Source: Mobula hypostoma (lineage: Eukaryota). From it: a DNA stretch of 64,000 nt. Each line of letters starts with the position of its first letter. Positions within the stretch are counted from its first letter, which is position 1. The stretch covers positions 93,126,001 to 93,190,000 of the forward strand of contig NC_086097.1 of assembly GCF_963921235.1 (NCBI RefSeq), read 5' to 3'. The notes under the pieces were generated by a model. It had not been told where the DNA came from and did not search any database. It saw nothing but the letters and a program-made list of their open reading frames with translations. The translations under genes were made by a program, and so were the position numbers. Positions 38,540 to 51,654 of this stretch are shown here, one piece after another.

Positions 38540-38820
38540 CAGCTATTAGTGCTGCTGCCTCAGGGCTCGATCCTGACTCCCAGTGCTGTCTGTGCAGAGT
38601 TTGCATGTTCTTCCTGTGACTGCATGGGTTTCCTCAAGGTGCTCTGGTTTCCTCCCACATGCTAAGGCCACGTGGTTTGGTAGGTTAATTGCCCAGTGTA
38701 ACATTGTCCCTGATGTGTAGTTGGGTGGTGCAACCTGGGGGGAGATGATGGGAATGTGGGGGAAAATAAAGTGGGATTGCTGTAACTGGACAGTGGTCTG
38801 AAGGGCCTATTTCCATCTGC
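38540..38820 (+). mobile_element. HE1/V-SINE-like SINE
   Basis: GGGCTCGATCC B box; GAGTTTGCATGTTCTTCC...GGGTTTCC...GTGCTCTGGTTTCCTCCCAC V-domain-like segment; CR1-like tail. Confidence 0.8.
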
Positions 38821-40640
38821 TGGAGAGGGTGCAGAAAGGGTCGACAACAACTTCACCAGAATGGCTAGGTTATATCGTCTAGGACAGCCGAATGCAGCTC
38901 TTCCATTAGCAAAAGACCATGCCCAATGATTCATGTGGCATGAGAAAGGGAGGGTTGCTGCAGAACAGATAGTCCAGCCTTACCATTACACAGTGCAAGG
39001 CGAAAGGAAAAAGCACTTTATTGCCACGTATGTTTACAATGAATTCTCAGTTGAATCACATCTGCCTGGAAATCCATCGGGTTGCGCATCATCAGATGAC
39101 ATTTGGGGAATTTAATCCGGCTTGTTTGCCGCTTCTCCACCTGCTCCCAAGAAATAGCTTTCAACAGGCCTGCTCTCTGTGACGTAAAGGAGCTTGACCC
39201 ATCACAGTGTTGGGAATTTGCCGGAGGTTCGTCCCCTTTGGGTTAATTACGTGCCTGTTTTTCAGAGATGTCTCCTCGCTCTTAACCACCCACAAGTGCT
39301 TGGTTGACCCCCCACTCCACCTCCAGTCCTCCAAAACCACCACCTACTGCCTTCAAATCATCACTCAGCCCTTCAACTCCGATTACCTCTGCAACCCCAT
39401 GCTCCCATCTATCCACGGTCTTGCTTATCATGAACCTCTCTCTCACTGCCTTAAACATATTCAGGCTCTGCTTCCACCTGTAGGTTTTCACAAATAAAAT
39501 GGCACAGGTCTTTTATGTTTCAGAAAACCGTAGCAACTCATTTCTTGAGCACGAAAAGAAAACTGCACGCAGAAGTGCACTATAAACTCTTTACATAATT
39601 ATGTCATCACATCAGACTAACCTCTTAAAATGAAAACCCAACTCTATGTTGGTGGTTGTGAATCATGTACGTTTCACCAGTTACACTACCCTGCAAAGGC
39701 CCCCCCTCAGAATTCCCTAAAACCGGCATGTGAGTCTGTTCGGAGCTCGGATGAGCCGCCCGGCTCCGGTCCTGTGTTCCAAGGGTGGAGGAACAACAGG
39801 TCCCTCTAGAAGTGTGTTGACATGCTCACAGTCGTGTCATGATGGCAGGCGCACTGTAGCGACATCCTCCAAATCTTGGTGTGCCTTTCTACCGAAATCC
39901 ATTCATGTTTACCCTTCTTACCTATGATAAAAGTCTTTACTCCCTGTTCCAAAACACGAAACGGGCCATTGTAAGGGGGCCTAAAGGGATGTTGGTGTGC
40001 GTCATGGCAGACGAAAACAAACGAGGTGGGATGTAGGTCAACAGGTACCCTAGAGTGCTATACACCATAATGGGAGGTTGGAATAGGTGAAAGGGAATTG
40101 AATTTACTGAGGAGGGTGGAACATTGTTCACAGTCAGGGCATCAGGAATAAAATCACCTGGTACTCATAATAGCTATTCACATATAAACCCATCTGCAGA
40201 TGGCTGCAGGTCCTTATTTAGACCTGTTCTGAGCCCCAGCAGGACCCACAGGAGATGATCATGCCAACACTCATCAGTCAGGGAAGCCCTCAGAGCAGCC
40301 TTTAAGGAGCGGTGAAACCACTCACATAGGCCGTTGGGCCGCGGTGATAAACCATAGTGTAATGTAGCCTAACGCAGAGGTTCTGGACCTTTGCAGCCCG
40401 GACATCTGATATGACTGCAGTCAGAGAAAATATCAGATGGGGCATCAAACTGAGTAACCCAGGTGCTGATGAATGCCCAAGCCACGTCTGTAGCCATCAT
40501 CAATGCTAGAGGAACATCCTCTCGTCACCTGGTGTACGGCCCAGGTGAGAAACATAGAAACATAGAAAATAGGTGGAGTAGGCCATTCGGCCCTTCGAGC
40601 CTGCACCGCCATTTATTATGATCATGGCTGATCATCCAAC

Positions 40641-43600
40641 TCAGAACCCCGCCCCAGCCTTCCCTCCATACCCCCTGATCCCCGTAGCCACAAGGGCCAT
40701 ATTTAACTCCCTCTTAAATATAGCCAATGAACTGGCCTCAACTGTTTCCTGTGGCAGAGAATTCCACAGATTCACCACACTTTGTGTGAAGAAGTTTTTC
40801 CTAATCTCAGTCCTAAAAGGCTTCCCCTCTATCCTCAAACTGTGGCCCCTCGTTCTGGACTTCCCCAACATCGGGAACAATCTTCCTGCATCTAGCCTGT
40901 CCAATCCCTTTAGGATCTTATACGTTTCAATCAGATCCCCCCTCAATCTTCTAAATTCCAACGAGTACAAGCCCAGTTCATCCAGTCTTTCTTCATATGA
41001 AAGTCCTGCCATCCCAGGAATCAATCTGGTGAACCTTCTTTGTACTCCCTCTATGGCAAGGATGTCTTTCCTCAGATTAGGGGACCAAAACTGCACACAA
41101 TACTCCAGGTGTGGTCTCACCAAGGCCTTGTACAACTGCAGTAGTACCTCCCTGCTCCTGTACTTGAATCCTCTCGCTATAAATGCCAGCATACCATTCA
41201 CCTTTTTCATTGCCTGCTGTACCTGCATGCCCACTTTCAATGACTGGTGTATAATGACACCCAGGTCTCGTTGCACCTCCCCTTTTCCTAATCGGCTGCC
41301 ATTCAGATAATAATCTGTTTTCCTATTTTTGCCACCAAAGTGGATAACTTCACATTTATCCACATTAAATTGCACCTGCCATGAATTTGCCCACTCACCC
41401 AACCTATCCAAGTCACCCTGCATCCTCTTAGCATCCTCCTCACAGCTAACACTGCCACCCAGCTTCGTGTCATCCACAAACTTGGAGATGCTGCATTTAA
41501 TTCCCTCATCCAAGTCATTAATATATATTGTAAACAACTGGGGTCCCAGCACTGAGCCTTGCGGTACCCCACTAGTCACCGCCTGCCATTCTGAAAAGGT
41601 CCCGTTTATTCCCACTCTTTGCTTCCTGTCTGCTAACCAATTCTCCACTCACACCAATACCTTACCCCCAATACCGTGTGCTTTAAGTTTGCACACTAAT
41701 CTTCTGTGTGGGACCTTGTCAAAAGCCTTTTGAAAATCCAAATATACCACATCCACTGGTTCTCCCCTATCCATTCTACTAGTTACATCCTCAAAAAATT
41801 CTATGAGATTCGTCAGACATGATTTTCCTTTCACAAATCCATGCTGACTTTGTTCGATCATTTCACCGCTTTCCAAATGTGCTGTTATCACATCCTTGAT
41901 AACTGACTCCAGCAGTTTCCCCACCACCGACGATAGGCTAACCGGTCTATAATTCCCCGGTTTCTCTCTCCCTCCTTTTTTAAAAAGTGGAGTTACATTA
42001 GCCACCCTCCAATCCTCAGGAACTAGTCCAGAATCTAATGAGTTTTGAAAAATTATCACTAATGCATCCACTATTTCTTGGGCTACTTCCTTAAGCACTC
42101 TAGGATGCAGACCATCTGGCCCTGGGGATTTATCTGCCTTCAATCCCTTCAGTTTACCTAACACCACTTCCCTACTAACATGTATTTCGCTCAGGTCCTC
42201 CATCTCACTGGACCCTCTGTCCCCTACTATTTCTGGAAGATTATTTATGTCCTCCTTAGTGAAGACAGAACCAAAGTAATTATTCAATTGGTCTGCCATG
42301 TCCTTGCTCCCCATAATCAATTCACCTGTTTCTGTCTGCAGGGGACCTACATTTGTCTTTACCAGTCTTTTCCTTTTTACATATCTATAAAAGCTTTTAC
42401 AGTCCGTTTTTATGTTCCCTGCCAGTTTTCTCTCATAATCTTTTTTCCCCTTCCTAATTAAGCCCTTTGTCCTCCTCTGCTGAACTCTGAATTTCTCCCA
42501 GTCCTCAGGTGAGCCACTTTCTCTGGCTAATTTGTATGTTTCTTCTTTGGAATTGATACTATCCCTAATTTCTCTTGTCAGCCACGGGTGCACTACCTTC
42601 CTTGATTTATTCTTTTGCCAAACTGGGATGAACAATTGTTGTAGTTCATCCATGCAACCTTTAAATACTTGCCATTGCATATCCACCGTCAATCCTTTAA
42701 GTGTCATTTGCCAGTCTATCTTAGCTAATTCACGTCTCATACCTTCAAAGTTACCCCTCTTTAAGTTCAGAACCTTTGTTTCTGAATTAACTATGTCACT
42801 CGCCATCTTAATGAAGAATTCCACCATATTATGGTCACTCTTACCCAAGGGGCCTCTCACGACAAGATCGCTAATTAACCCTTCCTCATTGCTCAAAACC
42901 CAGTCCAGAATAGCCTGCTCTCTAGTTGGTTCCTCGACATGTTGGTTTAAAAAACCATCCCGCATACATTCCAAGAAATCTTCTTCCTCAGCACCTTTAC
43001 CAATTTGGTTCACCCAATCTACATGTAGATTGAAGTCACCCATTATAACTGCTGTTCCTTTATTGCAGACATTTCTAATTTCCTGTTTAATACCATCTCC
43101 GACCTCACTACTACTGTTAGGTGGCCTGTACATAACACCCACCAGCGTCTTCTGCCCCTTAGTGTTACGCAGCTCTACCCATATCGATTCTACATCTTCC
43201 CGGCTTATGTCCTTCCTTTCTATTGCGTTAATCTCTTCTTTAACCAGCAACGCAACCCCACCTCCCCTTCCTTCATGTCTATCCCTCCTGAATATCGAAT
43301 ATCCCTGAACGTTGAGCTCCCATCGCTGGTCACCCTGGAGCCATGTCTCTGTGATCCCAACTATATCATAATCATTAATAACAATCTGCACTTTCAATTC
43401 ATCCACCTTATTACGAATGCTCCTTGCATTGACACACAAAGCCTTCAGGCGCTCTTTTACAACTCTCTTAGCCCTTATACAATTATGTTGAAAAGTGGTC
43501 CTTTTTAATGCTTGCCCTGGATTTGTTGGCCTGCCACTTTTACTTTTCTCCTTAGTACTTTTTGCTTCTACCCTCACTTTACACCCCTCTGTCTCTTTGC

Positions 43601-43694
43601 ACTGGTTCCCATCCCCCTGTTGTGAACTAACCTCCTCACGCCTAGCCTCTTTAATTTGATTCCCACCCCCCAACCATTCTAGTTTAAAGTCACC
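40641..43694 (-). pseudogene. CR1 ORF2p (APE endonuclease plus reverse transcriptase) with a single in-frame stop
   Basis: ORFs 41649-43673 and 40641-41648 are contiguous and in frame, split by TGG>TGA (Trp in the 13.6-kb copy); motifs NARS, ITETW, GDFN, SDH, QGSVLGP and FVDD. Confidence 0.95.
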
Positions 43695-44505
43695 TCAGTA
43701 GCCCCTGCTAATCTCCCTGCCAGGATATTGGTCCCCCTAGGATTCAAGTGTAACCCGTCCTTTTTGTACAGGTCACGCCTGCGCCAAAAGAGGTCCCAAT
43801 GATCCAAAAACTTGAATCCCTGCCCCCTGCTCCAATCCCTCAGCCACGCATTTATCCTCCACCTCATCGCATTCCTACTCTCACTGTCGCGTGGCACAGG
43901 CAGTAATCCCGAGATTACTACCTTTGCGGTCCTTTTTCTCAACTCCCTTCCTAGCTCCCTATATTCTCCTTTCAGGACCTCATCCCTTTTCCTACCTATG
44001 TCATTGGTACCTATATGTACCACGACCTCTGGCTCCCCACCCTCCCACTTCAGGATATCTTGGACACGATCAGAAATATCCCGGACCCTGGCACCAGGGA
44101 GGCAAACTACCATCCGGGTCTCTGGACTGCGTCCACAGAATCGCCTGTCTGACCCCCTTACTATCGAGTCCCCTATCACAACTGCCCTCCTCTTCCTTCC
44201 CCTACCCTTCTGAGCTACAGGGCCGGACTCTGTGCTGGAGGCACGGCCACTGTTGCTTCCCCCGGGTAAGCTGTCCCCCCCAACGGTACTCAAACAGGAG
44301 TACCTATTGTTAAGGGGCACAGCCACCGGGGTACTCCCTATTACCTGACTCTTCCCCTTCCACCTCCTAACCGTGACCCACTTGTCTGCCTCCCGTGGCC
44401 CCGGTGTGACCACCTGCCTGCAACTCTTCTCTATCAACTCCTCACTCTCCCTGACCAGACGAAGGTCATCGAGCTGCAGCTCCAGTTCCGTAACGCGGTC
44501 CCTTA
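43679..44505 (-). CDS. CR1 ORF1p, coiled coil plus SGNH/GDSL esterase domain (N-terminal finger lost)
   Basis: Blocks VIGDSIVRG, CLPGAR, VHIGTND and DGLHLN; open up to the TAG at 43681-43679. Confidence 0.92.
43682..43688 (-). promoter_or_regulatory. Candidate -1 ribosomal frameshift slippery site T_TTA_AAC
   Basis: ORF1 reads ACT TTA AAC TAG; the -1 frame TTT AAA CTA GAA TGG TTG is the ORF2 frame. Confidence 0.65.
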
Positions 44506-47460
44506 GAAGGTGCGTGAAACCACAGGAGGGGAGAAGAGAACCAACACGTTCCACATTGACAAGAAGTGCCAATGGTGCCTGAACACGATGATGAATTTTT
44601 GCCGCTGGCACTCCACACGAGCAGCAGTCCAATCACACACATCCCTTCTGAAGCCCTGCCAAGCAAACTTTAGTGCAACCAGTTTCTGTGAGACCTTCTG
44701 GCCCAGATGCGAGAGGCCATGTATGGAGTCGAAAACAGTCCTTCTCCAGTTTGTGGGCACAATGGAGTGAAGGTGATTGGATGAGACATCACACAGGAGA
44801 GAACCCCAGCTTCCCCAAACTTAATGTCAGCCAACCACAGGCCCATGGCTGCTGTTCGGTAAACCTGGACCTCTGGGTCAGTAGCTTGGTTTGCTGCCAT
44901 GCTGGCATAGTCAACCCCTATGTGTATGGTCTCAACAGCTGGCTGTAAGAGACAATCAGCCACAGCATTACTTTTTCCCTTGATATGTTGTATATCTGTT
45001 GTGAACTTGGATATGTTGGCCAGGTGGTGTTGCTGTCCTGCAGGCCAAGGGTCTGATATTTTGGCCATCACATGCACAGGGGGTTTGTGGTCAATGAATG
45101 CTGTGAAATGGCGACTCTCTAAAATAAAACAAAAATCGTGGACAGCCCAATAGAGACCGAGAAGCTCATGGTCCAACGTGCTGTACTTCCTTTTAGGGAG
45201 ATAGTGCTGAAAATACGAACAGCTCCCACACACCTCTGACCTGTTGTTTGTGCACAGCACCCACAACAGTCTTAAGCATCAGTAATTGGGGAGGGGATGT
45301 GCCACGAAGGTCACGTTAGAAAGAGCTTGTCTGGTGTCATCAAATGCCCTTGTCACGTCCGCTGACCAGTCAAGCACTTAATTCGGGGTATTGCCTTTAA
45401 GCACACTTTACAGGGGAAGCATTAGTTCAGCAGCTCGCGGAATGAAATGGTGATAGAAATTCACCGTGCCTAAAAACTCCTGTCGTTTTTTAGTAGGTGG
45501 GAAATCTATAATAGCAGCTACTTTTGATGGGAGGGCTTTTGCACCTTCTACAGAGATGCAATGGCTGAGAAAGTCAATGGTTGACAACCCAAACTGGCAT
45601 TTAACAGGGTTAATAATCAGCCCGTGTTGGTTTAAGCACTCAAAAAGTGTGCGGAGCTGAGGTACGTCTTCGGATTTGAATGCAATGGTGACAAGTATGT
45701 CAGCTGGGTAAACAAAAAGAAATCGAAGTCTTTCAATACAGAGTCCATTGGCCATTGGAAAGTCTGTGCTGCATTTTTCAGTCTAAACAGCATGCACAGA
45801 AACTGAAAAAGGCCAAACAGGGTTATCACAATTGTTTTGGGAATGTCCTCTAACTAGTTCAACTTTGGAAATTATTAACTTTCTGGCTAAATGTGGGAAA
45901 CATCTTGGATGTGTGGGTCAGGGTCACGATCAGTGGTGGTGGCCTCGGTAGCACATCAGTAATTAACACATGGGCGGCAACTACCATCGGACATAGGGAC
46001 CATGCGGAGGGGTGAAACCCAGTGGCTATTCGACCAGTGTACAATGCCCAGACTTGTCATGTTGGCAAGCTCGGCCTTCACGGCTGCCAGCTTTTCTGGG
46101 TCCAGTCTACACACGCGGGTATGGACTGGCGGGCCAGTTGTGGAAATGTGGTGCTCAATCCCATGAGAACGTAGGCTTGGTGAGGTTTGGGAATTTGCCC
46201 AGCAGTCAAGTAAACTCACATGTGATGGTACATGCGCTTGACAGAGCTGTTGTGGGAAACTGGGGGAGGCAGGGTAACGACACATAGTCTTCCACATCCG
46301 CAAGCCAGCCATTATTAAGATCAACCAACAGTCAGTAGGTACATAGGAAATCTGCACTGAGCAGAGGTCTAATCACTTGAGCCAGATCAAAGTCACCCAG
46401 TGAGGCAGAGTGTCACCCATCATGTCCCGCAAGTCTGGATCCTGCCACTGTTGGCGTCCTCCAGTGAGGTTTTGTCCCTCTTTGCCCTCTGATCAATAGG
46501 TGATACCGGCAGCACACTCACTCGAGTGTCACACAGGAAGCATTGCCCTGAAAGAGTGTCTGTAATGAACAGTAGACAACCAGGGCTGCTGGAACCCACA
46601 GTGTTCACAGACCTCTGATGTCCTGATGCGTTGGCACTGTTAAAACTGCAAGGCAGCGGGCACTTCCCAGCATTCCTCCCAAAATGAGCCTGGTAAAAAC
46701 ACAGGCCTAGCATCATCTGTTTCACAGCTGCGGGCATCCTTATCTTGGAATCCTTGATGACCAGGCTTATTGAGGTAGGGAGAGGAGGAGGGATGACGCA
46801 CTGCCGCCCAGCAGAGTGTAGACTATCAGCCATTTTAGCAAGCTCCCTATAGTCCCACATAGGTGCAATATCTAGAACTTTCCTCAGGCATTTGCTGCAT
46901 GAAGAGTTCTTTATAAACAAAACAAGGATGGTGATTTCTCAGGAGAGATAGCATGCGGTCCATTAGCTCTGAACGCTTAGCATCACCGAAGCCGGGCAAG
47001 GAGAGTAACCGTTTGGCGCACTCAGTCCAAAAGTCTGTAAAAGGTGAGTTTTCAGCGATCAGTATCTGTCGTGTTCAGGCATGTGTTCTAGTAGACTCAC
47101 CCCTCCCTCAGCCGAGCGACACCACCACATAGAAATACTTGGTATTATTGGCAGAGATTTCTCGAAGCGCAGATTGAGCCTCAGCTAGTACGAACCAAGC
47201 GACGGCATTTTACACTCAAAACTCAATTTCAAAGCGACTGCATTGGCCGACATGTTCAATAACTCAGGAACTGTCCGAGAGCAGCAGGGTCACCAACGTG
47301 GGGTTTCACAAATAATATGGCGGAAGTGTTTAATGTTTCAGAAAAATCATAGCAACTCATTTATTGAACACCAAAGAAAATGGAACTCCAAGCGCACTAA
47401 AAATCCTTTATGTAGTTACATCATCATGTCAGACCAGACTCTTAAAGTGAAACCCCAACT

Positions 47461-50400
47461 CAATAGACAATAGACAATAGGTGCAGGAGTAGGCCATTCG
47501 GCCCTTCGAGCCAGCACCACCATTCACTGTGATCATGGCTGATCATCCACAATCAGTATCCAGTTCCTGCCTTATCCCCATAACCTTTGATTCCGCTATC
47601 TTTAAGAGCTCTATCCATCTCTTTTTTGAAAGCATCCAGAGACTTGACCTCCACAGCCTTCTGGGGCAGAGCATTCCATATATCCACCACTCTCTGGGCG
47701 AAAATGTTTTCCCGTTCTGAATGGCCTACCCCTTATTCTTAAACTGTGGCCTCTGGTTCTGGACTCACCCATTAGCAGGAACATACTTCCTGCCTCCAGC
47801 GAGTCCAATCCCTTAATAAACGTATATGTTTCAATAAGATCCCCTCTCAGCCTTCTAAATTCCAGAGTATACAAGCCCAGTCGCTCCAATCTTTCGACAT
47901 ATGACAGTCCCGCCATCCCGGGAATTAACCTTGTGAACCTACGCTGCACTCCCTCAATAGCAAGAATGTCCTTCCTCAAATTTGGAGACCAAAACTGCAC
48001 ACAGTACTCCAGGTGTGGTCTCACCAGGGCCCTGTACAGCTGCAGAAGGACCTCTTTGTTCCTATACTCAATTCCCCTTGTTATGAAGGCCAGCATGCCA
48101 TTAGCTTTCTTCACTGCCTGCTATACTTGCATGCTTGCTTTCAGTGACTGATGTACAAGAACACCTAGATCTCGTTGTGCTTCCCCTTTTCCTAACTTGA
48201 CTCCATTTAGATAATAATCTGCCTTCCCGTTCTTACCACCAAAGTGGATAACCTCACATTTATCCACATTAAACTGCATCTGCCATGCATCTGCCCACTC
48301 ACCCAGCCTGTCCAAGTCACCCTGCATTCTCATAACATCCTCCTCACATTTAACACTACCGCCCAGCTTTGTGTCATTGGCAAATTTGCTAATGTTACTT
48401 TTAATTCCCTCATCTAATCATTAATATATATTGTAAACAGCTGCGGTCCCAGCACTGAACCCTGCGGTACCCCACTGGTCACCGCCTGCTATTCCGAAAG
48501 GGACCCGTTAATCGCTGCTCTTTGTTTTCTGTCAGCTAGCCAATTTTCAATCCATGTCAGTACTCTGCTCCCAATACCATGTGCCCTAATTTTGCCCACT
48601 AATCTCCTATGTGGGACTTTATCAAAGGCTTTCTGAAAGTCCAGGTACATTACATCCACTGGCTCTCCCTTGGCCATTTTCATAGTTACATCCTCAAAAA
48701 ATTCCAGAAGATTAGTCAAGCACGATTTCCCCTTCGTAAATCCATGCTGACTGGGACCAATCCTGTTACTACCATCCAGATGTGTCGTAATTTCATATTT
48801 ATAATTGACTCCAGCATCTTTCCTACCACCGACGTCAGGCTAACCGGTCTATAATTCCCTGTTTTCTCTCTTCCTCCCTTCTTGAAGAGAGGAACAACAT
48901 TAGCCACCCTCCAATCCACAGGAACTGATCCTGAATCTATAGAACATTGGAAAATGATTACCAATGCGTCCACGATTTCTAAAGCCACCTCCTTAAGTAC
49001 CCTGGGATGCAGACCATCAGGTCCCAGGGACTTATCAGCCTTCAGACCCAACAGCCTATCCAACACCATTTCCTGCCAAATATAAATTTCCTTCAATTCA
49101 TCCATTACCCTAGGTCCTTTGGCCACTATTACATCTGGGAGATTGTTTGTGTCTTCCCTAGTGAAGACAGATCCAAAGTACCTGTTCAACTCGTCTGCCA
49201 TTTCCTTGTTCCCCATAATAAATTCACCTGCTTCTGTCTTCAAGGGCCCAATTTTGGTCTTAACTATTTTTTTCCTTTTCACATACCTAAAGAAGCTTTT
49301 ACTATCCTCCTTTATATTCTTGGCTAGTTTACCTTCGTACCTCAATTTTTCTCCGTGTATTGCCTTTTTAGTTACCTTCTGTTGCTCTTTAAAAGTTTCC
49401 CAGTCCTCCGGCTTCCCACTCATCTTTGCTATGTTATACTTCTCTTTTACTTTTATACTGTCCATTACTTCCCTTGTCAGCCACGGCCTCCCCTTACTCC
49501 CCTTAGGATCTTTCTTCCTCTTTGGAATGAACTGATCCTGCGCCTTTCGCGTTATTCCCAGAAACACTTGCCATTGTTATTCCACTGTCATCCCTGCTAG
49601 GGTATTGTTCCATTGAACTTTACCCAGCTCCTCCTTCATAGCACCATAGTTCTCTTTGTTCAACTGTAATACTGACACTTCTGAGTTTCCCTTCTCCGTC
49701 TCAAATTGTAGATTAAAACTTATCATATTATGGTCACTACCTCCTAGTGGCTCCTTTACCTCAAGGTTCCTGATCAAATCCGGTTCATTGCGCAACACTA
49801 AATCTAGAATTGCGTTCTCTCTGGTAGGCTCCAGTACAAGCTGTTCTAAGAATCCATCTCGGAGGGACTCCACAAACTCCCTTTCTTGGGGTCCAGTACC
49901 AATCTGATTCCTCCAGTCTATCTGCATGTTGAAATCCCCCATAACAACTGTGGCATTACCTTTGCGACATGCCAATCTTAACTCTTGATTCAACTTACAC
50001 CCAACATCCAGACTACTGATTGGGGGCCTGTAGATAACTCCCATTAGGGTCTTTCTACCCTTAGAATTTCTCAGTTCTATCCATAGTGACTCCACGTCTC
50101 CTGATTCTATGTCCCCCCTCGCAAGGGACTGAATATCATTCCTCACCAACAGAGCCACCCCAACCCCTCTGCCCATCAGTCTGTCCTTTCGATAGGACGT
50201 ATACCCTTGAATATTCATTTCCCAGGCCCTGTCCACTTGAAGCCATGTCTCTGTTATTCCCACAACATCATACTTACCAATTTCCAACTGAGCCTCAAGC
50301 TCATCCACTTTATTTCTTATACTCCGTGCATTCATATACAATACTTTTAATTCATTACTCCCCTCACCTCCCATATCAATTCCTATTTCACTTGGCCATA

Positions 50401-51654
50401 CTGTACGATCCCTTCTTGAGCTTTCTGCTCTGTTGATTCTGCTGTCTTTCTTAACTTTTCTTATTCTCACTTTCCCTTTATCTCCATCCTTATATTTCCA
50501 GTTTGTCCCCTCCCCCCCACACTACTTAGTTCAAACACACCCGTGTTGCAGAGACAAACCTGCCTGCCAGAATGCTGGTGCCCCGCTTATTAAGGTGCAA
50601 CCCGTCCCTTTTGTACAATTCATCCTTACCCCGAAACATACCCCAGTGGTCCAAGAATGTGAATCCTTGCTTCCTGCACCAGTTCCTCAGCCACACATTC
50701 AGATCCATTATCTCCCTGTTCTTGACCACTCCAGCACGGGGAACTGGAAGCAAACCGGAGATAACCACCCTGGAAGTCCTGCTTTTGAGCCTTCTTCCGA
50801 GTTCTCTGAAGTCACGCTGTAGAATGCCTCTCCTCTTCTTCCCCACGTCATTTGTGCCGACATGCACCACCACTTCCGGATGTTCACCTTTACTCTTGAG
50901 GATTCCCTGCAATCAGTCCGTGACATCCTGGATCCCGGCACCAGCGAGGCAACACACCATCCTTACATCTCGCCTGTTGCCACAGAAACCCCTTTCTGTA
51001 CCCCTCACTATGGAGTCCCCTACAACCACGGCTCTGCCTGACGTCTGTCTCCTCGGCTTTGCCTCAGCGCCAGTTGTTGACTCGCAGACCCGTCCGCCTC
51101 TCAGACTGGTATCATCTTCTGTCCCGACAGCTTCCAAGAGGGTGAACTTTTTTACGAGGGGCACATCTCCCGGGGTCTCCTGTACTTCAAGCATCCTTTC
51201 CTTGCTCATCGTCGTCCTCCTTCTCTCTTCCTGTATCCTGGGTATAATGACCTCACTGTAGGTCCTGTCCAGAAAACTCTCGTTCTCCCAGATGAACCTA
51301 ATGTCATCCAGTTACCTCTCCAGTGCTGCAACACGGTTCTTCAGAAGCTGAATCTGGACACATTGTCCGCAGGTGTAGGATCCAGAGGCACTATCAGTGT
51401 CCCTGACCTCCCACATCATGCATGCAGCACACTGAATCAGCCTAGCGGTCATCTCTTCACCACTTCTCACCCTGTCCATCTGTGGCGTAGTCTCCTCTCT
51501 CAGCCTTCTCGCCGAAGACTCCTGAGCCAAAGACTCGCACTTTTCTCACAAGGCACTTCCCTCAACAAGGCCCCATCCCTAGAGCCAGCCTTGCTTATAT
51601 TAGCTGATAATTTGAGTAATTAGTTTCACCTGCCACGCCTCCTCTCACTGGAAG
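47461..51654 (-). mobile_element. Apparently full-length but disrupted CR1 LINE (second subfamily) inserted in the Gypsy 5' LTR
   Basis: ORF1 Cys finger CAACMMWE...CGQC, then GDSIVRG, GTND and DGLHLN; ORF2 remnants 50470-47611; tail (TCTATTG)n. Confidence 0.95.

Larger units (their letters stand above)
40548..44507 (-). mobile_element. Near-intact young CR1 LINE (5'-truncated in ORF1), inserted in the Gypsy integrase
   Basis: Tail (ATGTTTCT)n; AGGTG on both flanks (40543-40547, 44508-44512); ORF1 and ORF2 as listed below. Confidence 0.97.

Noticed and set aside
42532..43308. Long antisense ORFs shared between CR1 copies (also 14515-15351, 40618-41310, 50572-51261)
   Set aside because: Shadow frames of CR1 ORFs; they are shared because the copies are related, and I see no independent motif.
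44506..44632. N-terminus of ORF 43679-44632 as the true CR1 ORF1 start
   Set aside because: It is Gypsy integrase sequence (..VERVGSLLPSCGFTHL) fused in frame by the insertion.
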